Positions 1 to 8,727 of a stretch of DNA of 10,425 nt are shown here, in pieces; positions within the stretch are counted from its first letter, which is position 1, and each line of letters begins with the position of its first letter. This DNA comes from Deltaproteobacteria bacterium TL4 (GTDB lineage Bacteria; SAR324; NAC60-12). The stretch is from positions 1-10,425 of the forward strand of contig JBBCAX010000011.1 in assembly GCA_051382335.1 (NCBI GenBank). Direction: 5' to 3'. The position numbers and the translations under genes are program-made. The notes below the pieces were generated by a model. That model did not search any database and was not told the DNA's origin. It saw nothing but the letters and a program-made list of their open reading frames with translations.

Positions 1-12
1 TGGGACAAAAAC

Positions 13-100
13 GTAGGTTGGGTAGAGCGTAGCGAAACCCAACGAAAAACGGACATTACTGCCTGGATGTTGGGTTTCGCTACCGCTCTACCCAACCTAC
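13..100. repeat. GTAG-family REP doublet (REPIN-like inverted pair)
   Basis: The left arm is 13-43 GTAGGTTGGGTAGAGCGTAGCGAAACCCAAC. The right arm, 69-100, is its reverse complement with one extra base. The spacer is 25 nt. Each arm starts with GTAG and has its own hairpin (GTTGGGT 17-23 pairs with ACCCAAC 37-43). Confidence 0.85.
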
Positions 101-134
101 TGAAATGATGGCTGTCCCGTCTTAGGCCAGTAGC

Positions 135-169
135 CAAAAAAAGGTACCTGCACAGGTGGATATTTTTTG
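135..169 (-). terminator. weak candidate intrinsic terminator downstream of the DUF445-like gene
   Basis: Short palindrome ACCTG-CA-CAGGT (146-157) flanked by an A-run (136-142) and a T-run (163-168), about 30 nt past the stop at 190. The stem is short. Confidence 0.25.
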
Positions 170-189
170 AAACCAGGTTGGATCATGAA

Positions 190-1548
190 TCATCGAGATT
201 GTTGCGCTTTTTTTCGAAAATAGCGTTCATTTCGGTAATGGGCAATCCATGCGATCGCAATTAAGAGGGAGACAGGAATAGAAAAACCGACATGCACTTG
301 AATCAAACCCGCGATAAGCCCCAGAAAGCCCCCCAAGATTTGAATCATGACTAAATTTCCCCCTGTATTGTCTAAAATCATGGATTCCAACTCATCCGTA
401 TCTAGTTGCATCACTTGTTCTTCAACCAACTGCGTTAAATTGATTTTATGAACCATGTTCGAAATATTGGTCTTCAAAATCTCACGTCCTTCTTCAGATT
501 TCATGAAATCTTCCGCAATCGTTTTAAACCACTCCATAGCTTTAATGAAATAGGCATCCAACTGCTGCCAGTTTCGATCTTCATTGAGATATTCCTGCAG
601 TTTTTCGATGCTGTTGGGAAGTAAATTTTTGCGAGCGTAATCTCCTGTCGCAAAAACCCATTTTTCAACTTTTTCGATGATGAAATCCTGGGTTTCCTGA
701 GAATTCAGTTTTTCCTGCAGACGCTCCACCAACACATCCATGATTCCCATCAACTGTTCTGCCGTCTGAGGATCATTCACAAAGCGTTCGAGTAAATTTT
801 TGATGGCGTCTTCGTCAAAAGAAACCAGACTTTTCATCGCCATCCCTAAACCCCCCACACTGCCTCGGGTGTTTAGGAAACTTTCCAGCGCATCATTCGT
901 GATTTTGGAAATTCTTGGAATTTCCCTCGTAAGGATCTGTTTGATTAAATCTCCGATTTTCTGACGATTTTCCCGGGTTTTGATGTATTCAACTATTTTT
1001 TCTCGGAGAATCCCCCAGTGTTTTTCAATTTCATCAGGATTTCTGGCTATATTATTGACCAGGCTTTCTGAAAAATTAAAGGCTTCTTCCAGTAATTCCG
1101 GACCTTTTTTTTTGAGAAAGGATGTAATTTGCATGGTCATTTTAGCCCGTATGTCCGCATCTTCAATCAGCGCATCAACCCGTCGAATCAATTTTTGTGT
1201 CCCCAGCTCAATCAACTGGTGTTCATGAATATAATCCAGAATGATTTCCGGTGCCAATAAACGGGTTTGAATGTTGTTTGCCAGGCTTTCCGCAATCTGA
1301 GGTTTGTTTTTAGGAACCAACCCTTCCCAGCCTAAAACTTTGCCCTGTTTCGGTTGAAAAAGCATTTTTATCGCCAGAAAATTCGTATAATATCCCACGA
1401 GGCCAGCCATACAGACAATAAAACTGGCATCAATGAAAAGGTATTCTTTTTGAAAGACCGCCTGGCCTAGGCCAAAAACAAAAGTAATGCCCAACAATCC
1501 TCGTCTGAACTTGAGATCAAACTCTGAGGCTTCAAATTTCATAAGCAT
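190..1548 (-). CDS. DUF445 (YheB/UPF0754-like) membrane-anchored protein
   Basis: N-terminal motif AGLVGYYTNFLAIKMLFQP...GLVPKNKPQIAESLA, a long helical middle region, and C-terminal motif ELESMILDNTGGNLVMIQILGGFLGLIAGLIQ. The true start may be the ATG at 1542, which has AGGA just upstream. Confidence 0.85.
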   Translation of the reverse strand: MLMKFEASEFDLKFRRGLLGITFVFGLGQAVFQKEYLFIDASFIVCMAGLVGYYTNFLAIKMLFQPKQGKVLGWEGLVPKNKPQIAESLANNIQTRLLAPEIILDYIHEHQLIELGTQKLIRRVDALIEDADIRAKMTMQITSFLKKKGPELLEEAFNFSESLVNNIARNPDEIEKHWGILREKIVEYIKTRENRQKIGDLIKQILTREIPRISKITNDALESFLNTRGSVGGLGMAMKSLVSFDEDAIKNLLERFVNDPQTAEQLMGIMDVLVERLQEKLNSQETQDFIIEKVEKWVFATGDYARKNLLPNSIEKLQEYLNEDRNWQQLDAYFIKAMEWFKTIAEDFMKSEEGREILKTNISNMVHKINLTQLVEEQVMQLDTDELESMILDNTGGNLVMIQILGGFLGLIAGLIQVHVGFSIPVSLLIAIAWIAHYRNERYFRKKAQQSR

Positions 1549-1828
1549 CCTAAAAATAAAGAAACACCGTCACGAAGCATTCCATGAAAGACACGATCCC
1601 TCAAAGGGAAATGACAAAACGCCATCTAATCGCGTCAGTACCAGTAATGAATGGGGTCACGTTACCTTATATGTAGCAATCGAATCATAATTCGCAATAG
1701 GGAATTGAAGTGCTATCGCATTTTAACACTCGATTGTATTGCAAATCCCTTATAAATTCATAAGCTACAGACGTTCATGGGAATAAATTCACTTAGAGCA
1801 CCTGAGCAAAAAATATAAACGTTCGAAC

Positions 1829-2740
1829 TTGAGACAAAGGATGATTGTTCTTAAACCGATTTTTCATAAGCAAAGGAGGCGTTCGCTTCTTTGTATACTA
1901 GCGCTATGTGGTTTTTTGAGTGCGTGCAATACTTTCTTTTATTATCCATCGCGACTTCAATACACGGACCCTGAACAGTTCCATTTCGCGCATGAAGACG
2001 TCCGTTTTAAGAGTTTGGATGGAACTCTTTTATCAGGGTGGTTTATTCCCGCCCATATTCCTGAAAAATCACTAGGCACCATTATTCAGTTTCATGGGAA
2101 TGCTGAAAATATGAGCAGTCACTGGTTATCGTTGGCATGGTTGCCTCAAAATAACTATAATCTGTTCACCTTTGATTACCGAGGCTATGGCCCGTCTCAA
2201 GGGACAGCGGAGTTGGAGGGGACGGTGAAGGATTCCATTGCGGCGATCCAATATGTGCGCCAACGAAAAGATATCGACCCCCGTCAATTATTTTTAGTAG
2301 GGCAGAGTTTGGGGGGAGCCTTGGCGCTAGCCGCGGCAGCAGGCGATTCCAGAGCAGGCATTCGTGCCATTATCATTGAAAGCGCGTTTTCCTCTTACAG
2401 TCTCATTGCCCAGGAAAAGTTAAATGAATCATGGGTCCTCTGGCATTTTCAATGGCCTATCGCCTGGTTTTTGATTCAGGATACTTATAATCCCGAACGT
2501 ATGCTTGAAAAGTTGGGTGAAACCCCCTTACTGTTTGTCCATGGAACTGACGACCGTATTGTGCCTTACCATCATTCCCGTATTCTTTATGAAAAAGCCA
2601 AAGAACCCAAATATTTTTGGCTTGTGGAAGGAAAAGGACACCTTCAGGTTTTTCACTTACCCGCATACCAAAAAAAGCTGTTGGATTTCCTGACAAAATA
2701 TTCACTTCCTAAAAAAAAACCTCTCAGCCTTCGTTCCTGA
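1829..2740 (+). CDS. alpha/beta hydrolase (YfhR/ABHD13-like), probable lipoprotein
   Basis: Motifs FHGNAEN, FDYRGYG, nucleophile GQSLGG, acid HGTDDRIVP and His in GKGHL. The signal peptide has a basic region and lipobox LSA-C (Cys codon 1925-1927). Alternative start at ATG 1841. Confidence 0.9.
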   Translation: MRQRMIVLKPIFHKQRRRSLLCILALCGFLSACNTFFYYPSRLQYTDPEQFHFAHEDVRFKSLDGTLLSGWFIPAHIPEKSLGTIIQFHGNAENMSSHWLSLAWLPQNNYNLFTFDYRGYGPSQGTAELEGTVKDSIAAIQYVRQRKDIDPRQLFLVGQSLGGALALAAAAGDSRAGIRAIIIESAFSSYSLIAQEKLNESWVLWHFQWPIAWFLIQDTYNPERMLEKLGETPLLFVHGTDDRIVPYHHSRILYEKAKEPKYFWLVEGKGHLQVFHLPAYQKKLLDFLTKYSLPKKKPLSLRS

Positions 2741-2808
2741 TAATAAAGTCTGAACATAATTAACTTGATCTCTCTTTTCCAATGGTTATTTTGAGCGAGT
2801 CGATAACC

Positions 2809-2841
2809 TTGTAAACTGAACATGAGATATTCAATATGCAA
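2809..2841. promoter_or_regulatory. imperfect palindrome overlapping the ATPase start codon (candidate operator)
   Basis: TTGTAAACTGAA (2809-2820), a 9-nt spacer, then TTCAATATGCAA (2830-2841). 9 of 12 positions are complementary. There is no clear Shine-Dalgarno before ATG 2836. Confidence 0.35.
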
Positions 2842-3996
2842 AGATACATCCAACGATTTCTAGAAGTTTCTGTTCGGGAAGCACTCCAAAACAACCCGGT
2901 AGTCGCCTTGCTAGGTCCACGACAATGTGGAAAGTCCACACTAGCTCGTCAAATACTTCAGGGGATAGATAATATTTATCTCGATCTTGAACGTCCTTCG
3001 GACTTACTCAAGTTACAGGAAGCGGAATTTTATTTATCGAATCAGTCTCAAAAACTTGTATGCATTGACGAAATTCAAAAGAATCCCGATCTTTTTCCGC
3101 TCCTGAGATCGCTTGTGGATGAAGATAGAAGAGCCGGAAGGTTTTTAATTCTTGGTTCTGCCTCAGCGGAATTGATTCGCCAAAGCTCTGAGAGTCTTGC
3201 CGGAAGAATCTCCTATTTTGAGTTGACGCCCTTTCTTATGACGGAACTTGCGACGCGTGTGGACTTACAGCAACTGTGGATTCATGGTGGATTTCCTGGA
3301 AGTATCCTCGCACTGGATCCCGATACCAGTTTTAAATGGAGAGAGGATTTTATCAAAACCTTTCTTGAACGAGACCTCGCTCAATTTTATAACCAGCCGG
3401 CAACGGCAATGCGTCGGTTTTGGATGATGCTTGCGCATTCTCATGGACAGGTTTCCAACTATTCCAAATTGGGACAATCGCTCGATGTGAGTCATACGAC
3501 TGTGAAGCGGTGGTTGGATGTTTTTGAGCAGACTTTTATGGTCCGAGTCCTGCGACCCTTTGAAGGGAATATGAAAAAGCGTTTGGTCAAGTCACCCAAA
3601 ATCTACTTTAGAGATAGTGGGATCCTCCATACTCTTTTAGATATTGAAGATCTCAATGAACTCATGGGGCATCCCGTTGCGGGTTCATCTTGGGAAGGCT
3701 TTGCTCTGGAAAATATGATCAACATGCTGCCTCGCTGCAAAACATTTTTTTATAGAACCTCTTCCGGTGAAGAAATTGATTTGATTTTGGAACGGAAGGG
3801 GAAAAAAATTGGAATTGAGTTCAAACTATCAGCCTCCCCGAAATTATCGAGAGGATTGCCCGCTTCCATAGAAGCGCTCGGTTTGGAAAAAGTCTATGTT
3901 GTGGCACCGATAGAGGGAGCGTTTGCTCTTAGTCCTAAAATACGAATATCGAGTCTCCTGATCGCCATTCATGAACTGAGGGCAATTTTTGACTGA
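2836..3996 (+). CDS. AAA+ ATPase of AAA_14 + DUF4143 architecture (wHTH plus C-terminal restriction-endonuclease-like motif)
   Basis: Walker A GPRQCGKST, Walker B VCIDEIQ, ILGSAS and ESLAGR, HTH-like SKLGQSLDVSHTTVKRWL, KRLVKSPKIYFRDSG, and C-terminal EIDLIL...IEFKLS. Confidence 0.92.
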   Translation: MQRYIQRFLEVSVREALQNNPVVALLGPRQCGKSTLARQILQGIDNIYLDLERPSDLLKLQEAEFYLSNQSQKLVCIDEIQKNPDLFPLLRSLVDEDRRAGRFLILGSASAELIRQSSESLAGRISYFELTPFLMTELATRVDLQQLWIHGGFPGSILALDPDTSFKWREDFIKTFLERDLAQFYNQPATAMRRFWMMLAHSHGQVSNYSKLGQSLDVSHTTVKRWLDVFEQTFMVRVLRPFEGNMKKRLVKSPKIYFRDSGILHTLLDIEDLNELMGHPVAGSSWEGFALENMINMLPRCKTFFYRTSSGEEIDLILERKGKKIGIEFKLSASPKLSRGLPASIEALGLEKVYVVAPIEGAFALSPKIRISSLLIAIHELRAIFD

Positions 3997-4024
3997 AATC
4001 TTCAAGGTTCCAAGGCTCTGAGTT

Positions 4025-4062
4025 GGGGTTGTAAGCCGGAACCCTCGGAATTTTTGAAATCC
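4025..4062. repeat. Tn3-family terminal inverted repeat (tnpA 3' end)
   Basis: GGGGTTGTAAGCCGGAACCCTCGGAATTTTTGAAATCC begins with GGGG and lies just beyond the tnpA stop at 4078. The inner boundary is assumed from the usual ~38-bp length. Confidence 0.75.
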
Positions 4063-4077
4063 ATATAATTCAATGGG

Positions 4078-5385
4078 TTAATCCAATGTTACATTTTCAA
4101 GCATTGCGGCTAAGTTGATGAGTCGTTTGTTACCTCGGAAGGTATAATGTCCCAGAAAGTGGATATGCTGCCAGGCTACTGGCGAGATTTTCTGTAAGAT
4201 CGCAAGTGCCTTTTCATTGCCAACCGCACGAAACTTCTCAAGGAGCATGGAAAGCATGATTGAATTATAAGCAATCACCACATTAGAGACGAGTCTGCCA
4301 CATTGATTGCTGATCGCTACATCCAGGTCAGTCTTGCCAATCAACTGTTTTTTCCCGCTGACTTGAGTAACGAAAGACCGTAGTTGATGGTAAGCCTCGA
4401 TACGGTTGTGAGAACGATGGATCTCTCTCTGCAACTGAGGTTCTCGAAAATAACGTAGTGTGTAAATGCTGCGAATTAACTTATCGAATTCTGAAATGGC
4501 TTTGCGTGTCCGGTTGTGCAGGGATAAGGCACTCAGTTTTCGAATTAAGGTGCTCTGAGACATCTCCTTGAGTCCAAGCGTAGCAACGATCTGATCGATA
4601 TTGGCTTTCTCTGACACGATGAGTGGGCGATCAATTTGTCCGACCGGTTGGATCAGGTAGTTTTTATAATTTTCGAGATCGTTACCTGAGTACAAATTTT
4701 CTTGGCATAGCGTGGTTGCAGTGGAGTCAAGGCCTCTAGAAAGTGGTAACGCTGATTCACAAAACAAAAAATATCGGTGATATCGTAAGCCGGAAGTTTT
4801 GCATAAAAATCGGATTGTACCGCAACCTCCTTGTCGGCCTTGGGTTTATGCCAGATCAGGGTCTTTTTTGCGGGATCGTATTCAAGGTGCTTGAGTTTAC
4901 CTTGCCTCATGTCTCTGTCGAACGTTTTCCAGAGTTCACTGAGTTCATTACACAACGTATCAAGCTCAACATTCACCGATTGGTGGAGAGGGGATGTCTA
5001 TCTGGCTTAGCACCTCTACGGGTAGGGCAACCAACTCATCACTGAAGCGACGATGCTCCAGACTGTCCTTGAGGAACAGATCTCCCGCATCAAGACGTTT
5101 GCGAATTTGACGATAGATCCAGAACTCATAGCGGTCAGCACGCAAGCCTGTAACTTTGTTGTCTCCATCGATTTCCAGAAGATAGGAGCGCAAGCGTTTG
5201 GAGATTGTGCCTTCCGGAATTTCTTCAATCGGTCGTTGCGAGAGTTTCTGTTGACGGGAATAGGTTGTCTTCATCCAACGCAAGGCCTTCAGCCAAGGAC
5301 AGTCTGCCGCCGTACTGGAAAACTCGAGTGCCATGTGCAAGGGTCTCAAGTGTTTTTTACAACGCACGGCTACTTTGTCGGCTCC
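4078..5385 (-). pseudogene. tnpA: Tn3-family transposase pseudogene in three pieces
   Basis: Piece 1 (~5385-4990): HLRPLHMALEFS...ADRYEFWIYRQIRKRLDAGDLFLKDSLEHRRFSDELV. Frameshift at ~4989. Piece 2 (~4988-4698): ELDTLCNELSELWKTFDRDMRQGKLKHLEYD...LTPLQPRYAKK. Internal deletion with frame change at ~4697. Piece 3 (~4696-4078): LIQPVGQID...FDKLIRSIYTLRY...NRIEAYHQLR...SPVAWQHIHFLGHYTF. Confidence 0.92.
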
Positions 5386-6333
5386 CATGCGGGGATAAAA
5401 GGGTTCCAGCAGCCCTGTGGAAGAATTGTTTTCCATTCCTTTCGGGCTTTTCCAAAAACCATTATAGCCATAAACCGCGACTTCCTGAGATCCCCATTGG
5501 GTTTTCAAGCGCATGGCGGCTTCGCTATTCTCAAGTTGATTGTTTTGCTCAGCGACCGGAGCGGAATTCTGACAGGCATCAGGATTGCCAATGGTTTTTT
5601 CTCCAAAGGTTTGTTGGTTCGCAGCATTGTCCGCATTGGGATTGAAGATCGAAAAGCGGCAGCCATCAGGCGTGGTGTCAGGAGTAAATTCAGGGGTCCA
5701 AACGATATCCCATGTCCAGGAGGACGCATAGAGGGTCACGCGGACCACGTTCGCTGGATCTTTCATCAATTCCATATCCCTACCTAAGAACATATTAACC
5801 CAGTTTTTAGGGAACAGGTCATTAATGAAAATTAAATCACCCACTCCCCACGTAGAAACCTGCTGGCCAACACTCAAATCTATCCATTGCAATGGCGAAT
5901 ACCTTAAACGGACTTCCCGAAGATCAACCTCTGTTTTTCGCGTAATCCCGTCATTGCTAAAATCCAGTTTGAGATCAAAACCTCCTTTGTCATTGCTTCC
6001 TGATGTTTTCAGGCGTGCCCGCTCATTCGCCAGCATCCATGTCACTTCATGATTTTTAGAACTTCCGATACGGGCGCCGCGTTCGATTTCCACAAAGCCA
6101 TTGATGACTGGAACCGTGTCGTCTCCGCTTAGTCCGGCAGCAGGGCTTTCTCCGCCATCAATAGACTCTTCCTCGAAAACGTCTTCTTCAAAAGCAGGGT
6201 CTTCTTCCTCGGATGACGCTCAAACTGGCGTACAAACACTGTTGATTCCAAGAACCAGGAACGTTAAGCCCAGCAAAAGAACAAATCGTCGAAATTGAGA
6301 AAAGAAAGGGAAATCCCTGTCACCATTTCGCAT
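5386..6333 (-). pseudogene. outer-membrane/secreted protein (DUF1302-like beta-barrel candidate) with a nonsense codon and 3' truncation
   Basis: ATG 6333 has an AAGGA RBS. The signal peptide reads MRNGDRDFPFFSQFRRFVLLLGLTFLVLGINSVCTPV*A, with an in-frame TGA at 6220-6222. An acidic linker follows, then DLREVRL...VGQQVSTWGVGDLIFINDLFP...YGYNGFWKSPKG. The sequence switches to transposase after PFYPRM. Confidence 0.75.
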
Positions 6334-6345
6334 AAGAATCCTTAA

Positions 6346-7179
6346 TTATCGCAGATATTTCATGGGGGGAAATCGTAATGAGCGCTCAAGAAAAGCCTCT
6401 TCCGGCATTCCCACATTATAGTTGGTTCGCTTGGGGTCCAGAAGAATCACGGTCATGGTTCCTTCCAACGGCGAGGTCATGACTCGTTTCATCATCGTGG
6501 GAAAGCCATCCACAGTCAGAATATCAAACGCCTCAAAAATCTTATAGACCTTCCCCGCATGGTTTGTGAATTCCACTCGCAGAGGTGTGTAAGTTTTCTC
6601 CTCAACCCATGTTTTGATTTTCGCTGTTTTTTCCTCCTTCACCTTAGGCACGCTTTCGATGATCTGTGTTTCATAGGTGATTATTTTTTTCTTTTCTTTA
6701 ATCTGAAGTGTCTCTTCCCCCACATTTTTGTGATGGTCCCGTTTGAAATGCCGACCTGAAATATCCTCATAGGAAAAATCCGATCCCATGAATGGGTCTT
6801 GCTTGCGGGAGCCATCAATCGGAATGACTTTATCGCTGGCGGGAAGATATAAACGGCGGTAGTCCTCCTGATCCACATACTTATGGACGAGGAATGTCGT
6901 TTTCTGAATGTCAGCGGGGTTCATGAAATAGATAAAAAAGTTTTGCCTCCCGCCTTCTTCGAGGTCTTTCTTCATGATCGTAAAAATTTTCTTGAGAGGT
7001 TTGTCCTCTCCTTTGGCATAAACCAGCATTGCAATGGTGGAACGTCCGTCTTCTCCCGCGTAATAAGAGGCCAAATGCGCTTTTTCCATAATCTCATCCG
7101 CTGTCTCTGCCGCTGGCGTTTCCATTGAGGAGACGCTGAGAGCCGCCGCAGCGAGGATCAAAATCAAAAATGTTTTCAT
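6346..7179 (-). CDS. LolA-like outer membrane lipoprotein-sorting family periplasmic protein
   Basis: Signal peptide plus family motifs FMNPADIQKTTFLVHKY, LYLPASDKV and FMGSDFSYEDI. Its position between MMPL and outer-membrane protein genes is typical. Confidence 0.85.
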   Translation of the reverse strand: MKTFLILILAAAALSVSSMETPAAETADEIMEKAHLASYYAGEDGRSTIAMLVYAKGEDKPLKKIFTIMKKDLEEGGRQNFFIYFMNPADIQKTTFLVHKYVDQEDYRRLYLPASDKVIPIDGSRKQDPFMGSDFSYEDISGRHFKRDHHKNVGEETLQIKEKKKIITYETQIIESVPKVKEEKTAKIKTWVEEKTYTPLRVEFTNHAGKVYKIFEAFDILTVDGFPTMMKRVMTSPLEGTMTVILLDPKRTNYNVGMPEEAFLERSLRFPPMKYLR

Positions 7180-7209
7180 ACAAACCTTTCATCAGTTAGA
7201 ATCAATGGC

Positions 7210-8713
7210 CTACGCCTCTTGTAATCCGGGCAGCCATTTTCTCATTAATTGAATCAGCGCCGGCAGTAAGATCAGTGTGGTGATGCCGCTGACCAGCATA
7301 ATCGCGAAAAAGAAGGCACCTACAGTCACATAAGTCGCCAGCCCTGAGAAAAACATGGGCATGAAGCCAATGGCGATGACCAGCACATTCCGCCAAATAG
7401 CCCGTGAGGGTTCCTGGAAGATTTCATCATAGGTTTTGTTTAAATTGCGGGTTCCAAGATGAATTTCCCGCAGACTTTGAATAAAATGGATGGCAAAGTC
7501 GATGGCGAGTCCTAACGCCAAACTGGAGAGCACCGCGATGGGCATATCATAATATTTGCCGCCGAACCCAATTAAACCATAGGTGAAAACAATCGTCAGC
7601 GACAACGGCAGCATGGAGATCAATCCCCAAAGTATGGAACGGAACAAAATGATCATCATCACGAAAACAACACCGAATGATCCCATTAAAGAGGTCCGCA
7701 TCCCAATGACCATTTCATTCTGCCAAACGCTGTTGATGTAGGTGAGGCCAGACCAGCGCAGTTTCAATTGAACGTTTTCCCCGCCAGGAAACACAGCAAA
7801 AGGAGGTGCGTTGTCGGCTTGCGCCATAAACAGTTCCAGTTGGGAGACCAGATGATTCATTTGTTGATTATCGCCATTTTTCAATTGCAGCCACATTTGC
7901 GCCTTGCGTCCATCCCTGGTGACGAATTTCCACAAATCCTTGCCTTTTTTCAAATCGCCGTTCTCAAACAAAAACAGATATTGCGCCACTTTTTCCCTGC
8001 TGTCCGGCACAGCAGCGTCGTTTAATGCCGTGCTTCCCACTTTTTTGAGAATATCGACCACGGAGGTCATTCCCCCGACAATGGGGCGGCCTTCCTGATC
8101 TTTGAGAGTCCGTAAGAAATTTTGTATTTTTTCCATGTATTGAATCATGACGCCTTCTTTTAAATCAGGAAGAAGCGAACGTTCTTCCTCGGAAAAAACA
8201 TCCTCGCTTTCATGGGCGTCATTGGTCTTTCATGAGCGGAAGGACCTTCAACTCTCCTGATTCATTGAGACGGATATCATCGACCTCACTGGGAGCCATG
8301 ACATCTTCACGAACCATGATCTCACGGGATTGATCCCCGTCCGGATTTTTTTCCCGCATAAACTGAAGCGTTTCAAAAATATCCCGCTGCCAGGAAGGTT
8401 GGGGAGGATGAACCCGGATTTCCAGAATCTCTTTGGTGATTTGGTGGATCTTCGTCAGTCCATCCACGGTAAACAGGGAAGAACCATCGCTCTTGTGAAT
8501 GCCAACCACCACCATGTCATACAATTCAAACTCCTCTTTCATCTGTTCATAGAGGACAATCGCCGGATTATCCTGAGGCAGCATGTGGACCGGATCGGTA
8601 TCAATCGTCATATTGGGGAAGGCCGCCAGAAAAAACAGCGTGACCAACCCCGATAATCCCATCACCAATTGAGGGTGTTTGATTGAAAAGCCAATGAGTA
8701 ATTTTTGTAACAT
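7210..8713 (-). pseudogene. MMPL/RND-family transporter with a large internal deletion
   Basis: 5' piece (8713-8219): GGGAGG RBS, TM1 and IDTDPVHMLPQDNP, ending at TGA 8219-8221. 3' piece is open in another frame from ~8229 to 7210 and has the C-terminal TM block with LGLAIDFAIHF. The first multi-TM block expected in a two-repeat MMPL protein is absent. Confidence 0.85.
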
Positions 8714-8727
8714 AAGCGACCTCCCTG

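Larger units (their letters stand above)
4025..5385 (-). mobile_element. defective Tn3-family transposon remnant
   Basis: One IR plus the 3' part of tnpA. No resolvase, no tnpA 5' end and no second IR in the window. Confidence 0.85.

Noticed and set aside
13..100. CRISPR array
   Set aside because: The two ~31-nt units are inverted rather than direct, there are only two, and no cas genes are present.
1549..1828. Riboswitch, ncRNA or defined promoters in the divergent intergenic region, and the 67-aa ORF 1487-1690
   Set aside because: Only short 6-7 bp inverted matches and weak -35/-10 candidates are present. No recognisable RNA motif, and the ORF has no RBS or motif.
4697..4767. TTG start of the 229-aa ORF as a real gene start
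   Set aside because: The first ~23 residues are an off-frame reading of the upstream tnpA piece.
5053..5787. 244-aa plus-strand ORF
   Set aside because: It is an antisense shadow of two recognisable minus-strand coding regions, crosses the chimeric junction, and has no motifs.
6220..6222. TGA as selenocysteine or an alternative genetic code
   Set aside because: It sits in a signal peptide rather than at a catalytic Cys position, TGA terminates other genes here, and the gene is also truncated.
5386..8234. CATG near two junctions suggesting restriction-ligation chimeras
   Set aside because: CATG is common in this window, the junctions at ~4697, ~8905 and ~10300 lack it, and order and orientation are preserved.
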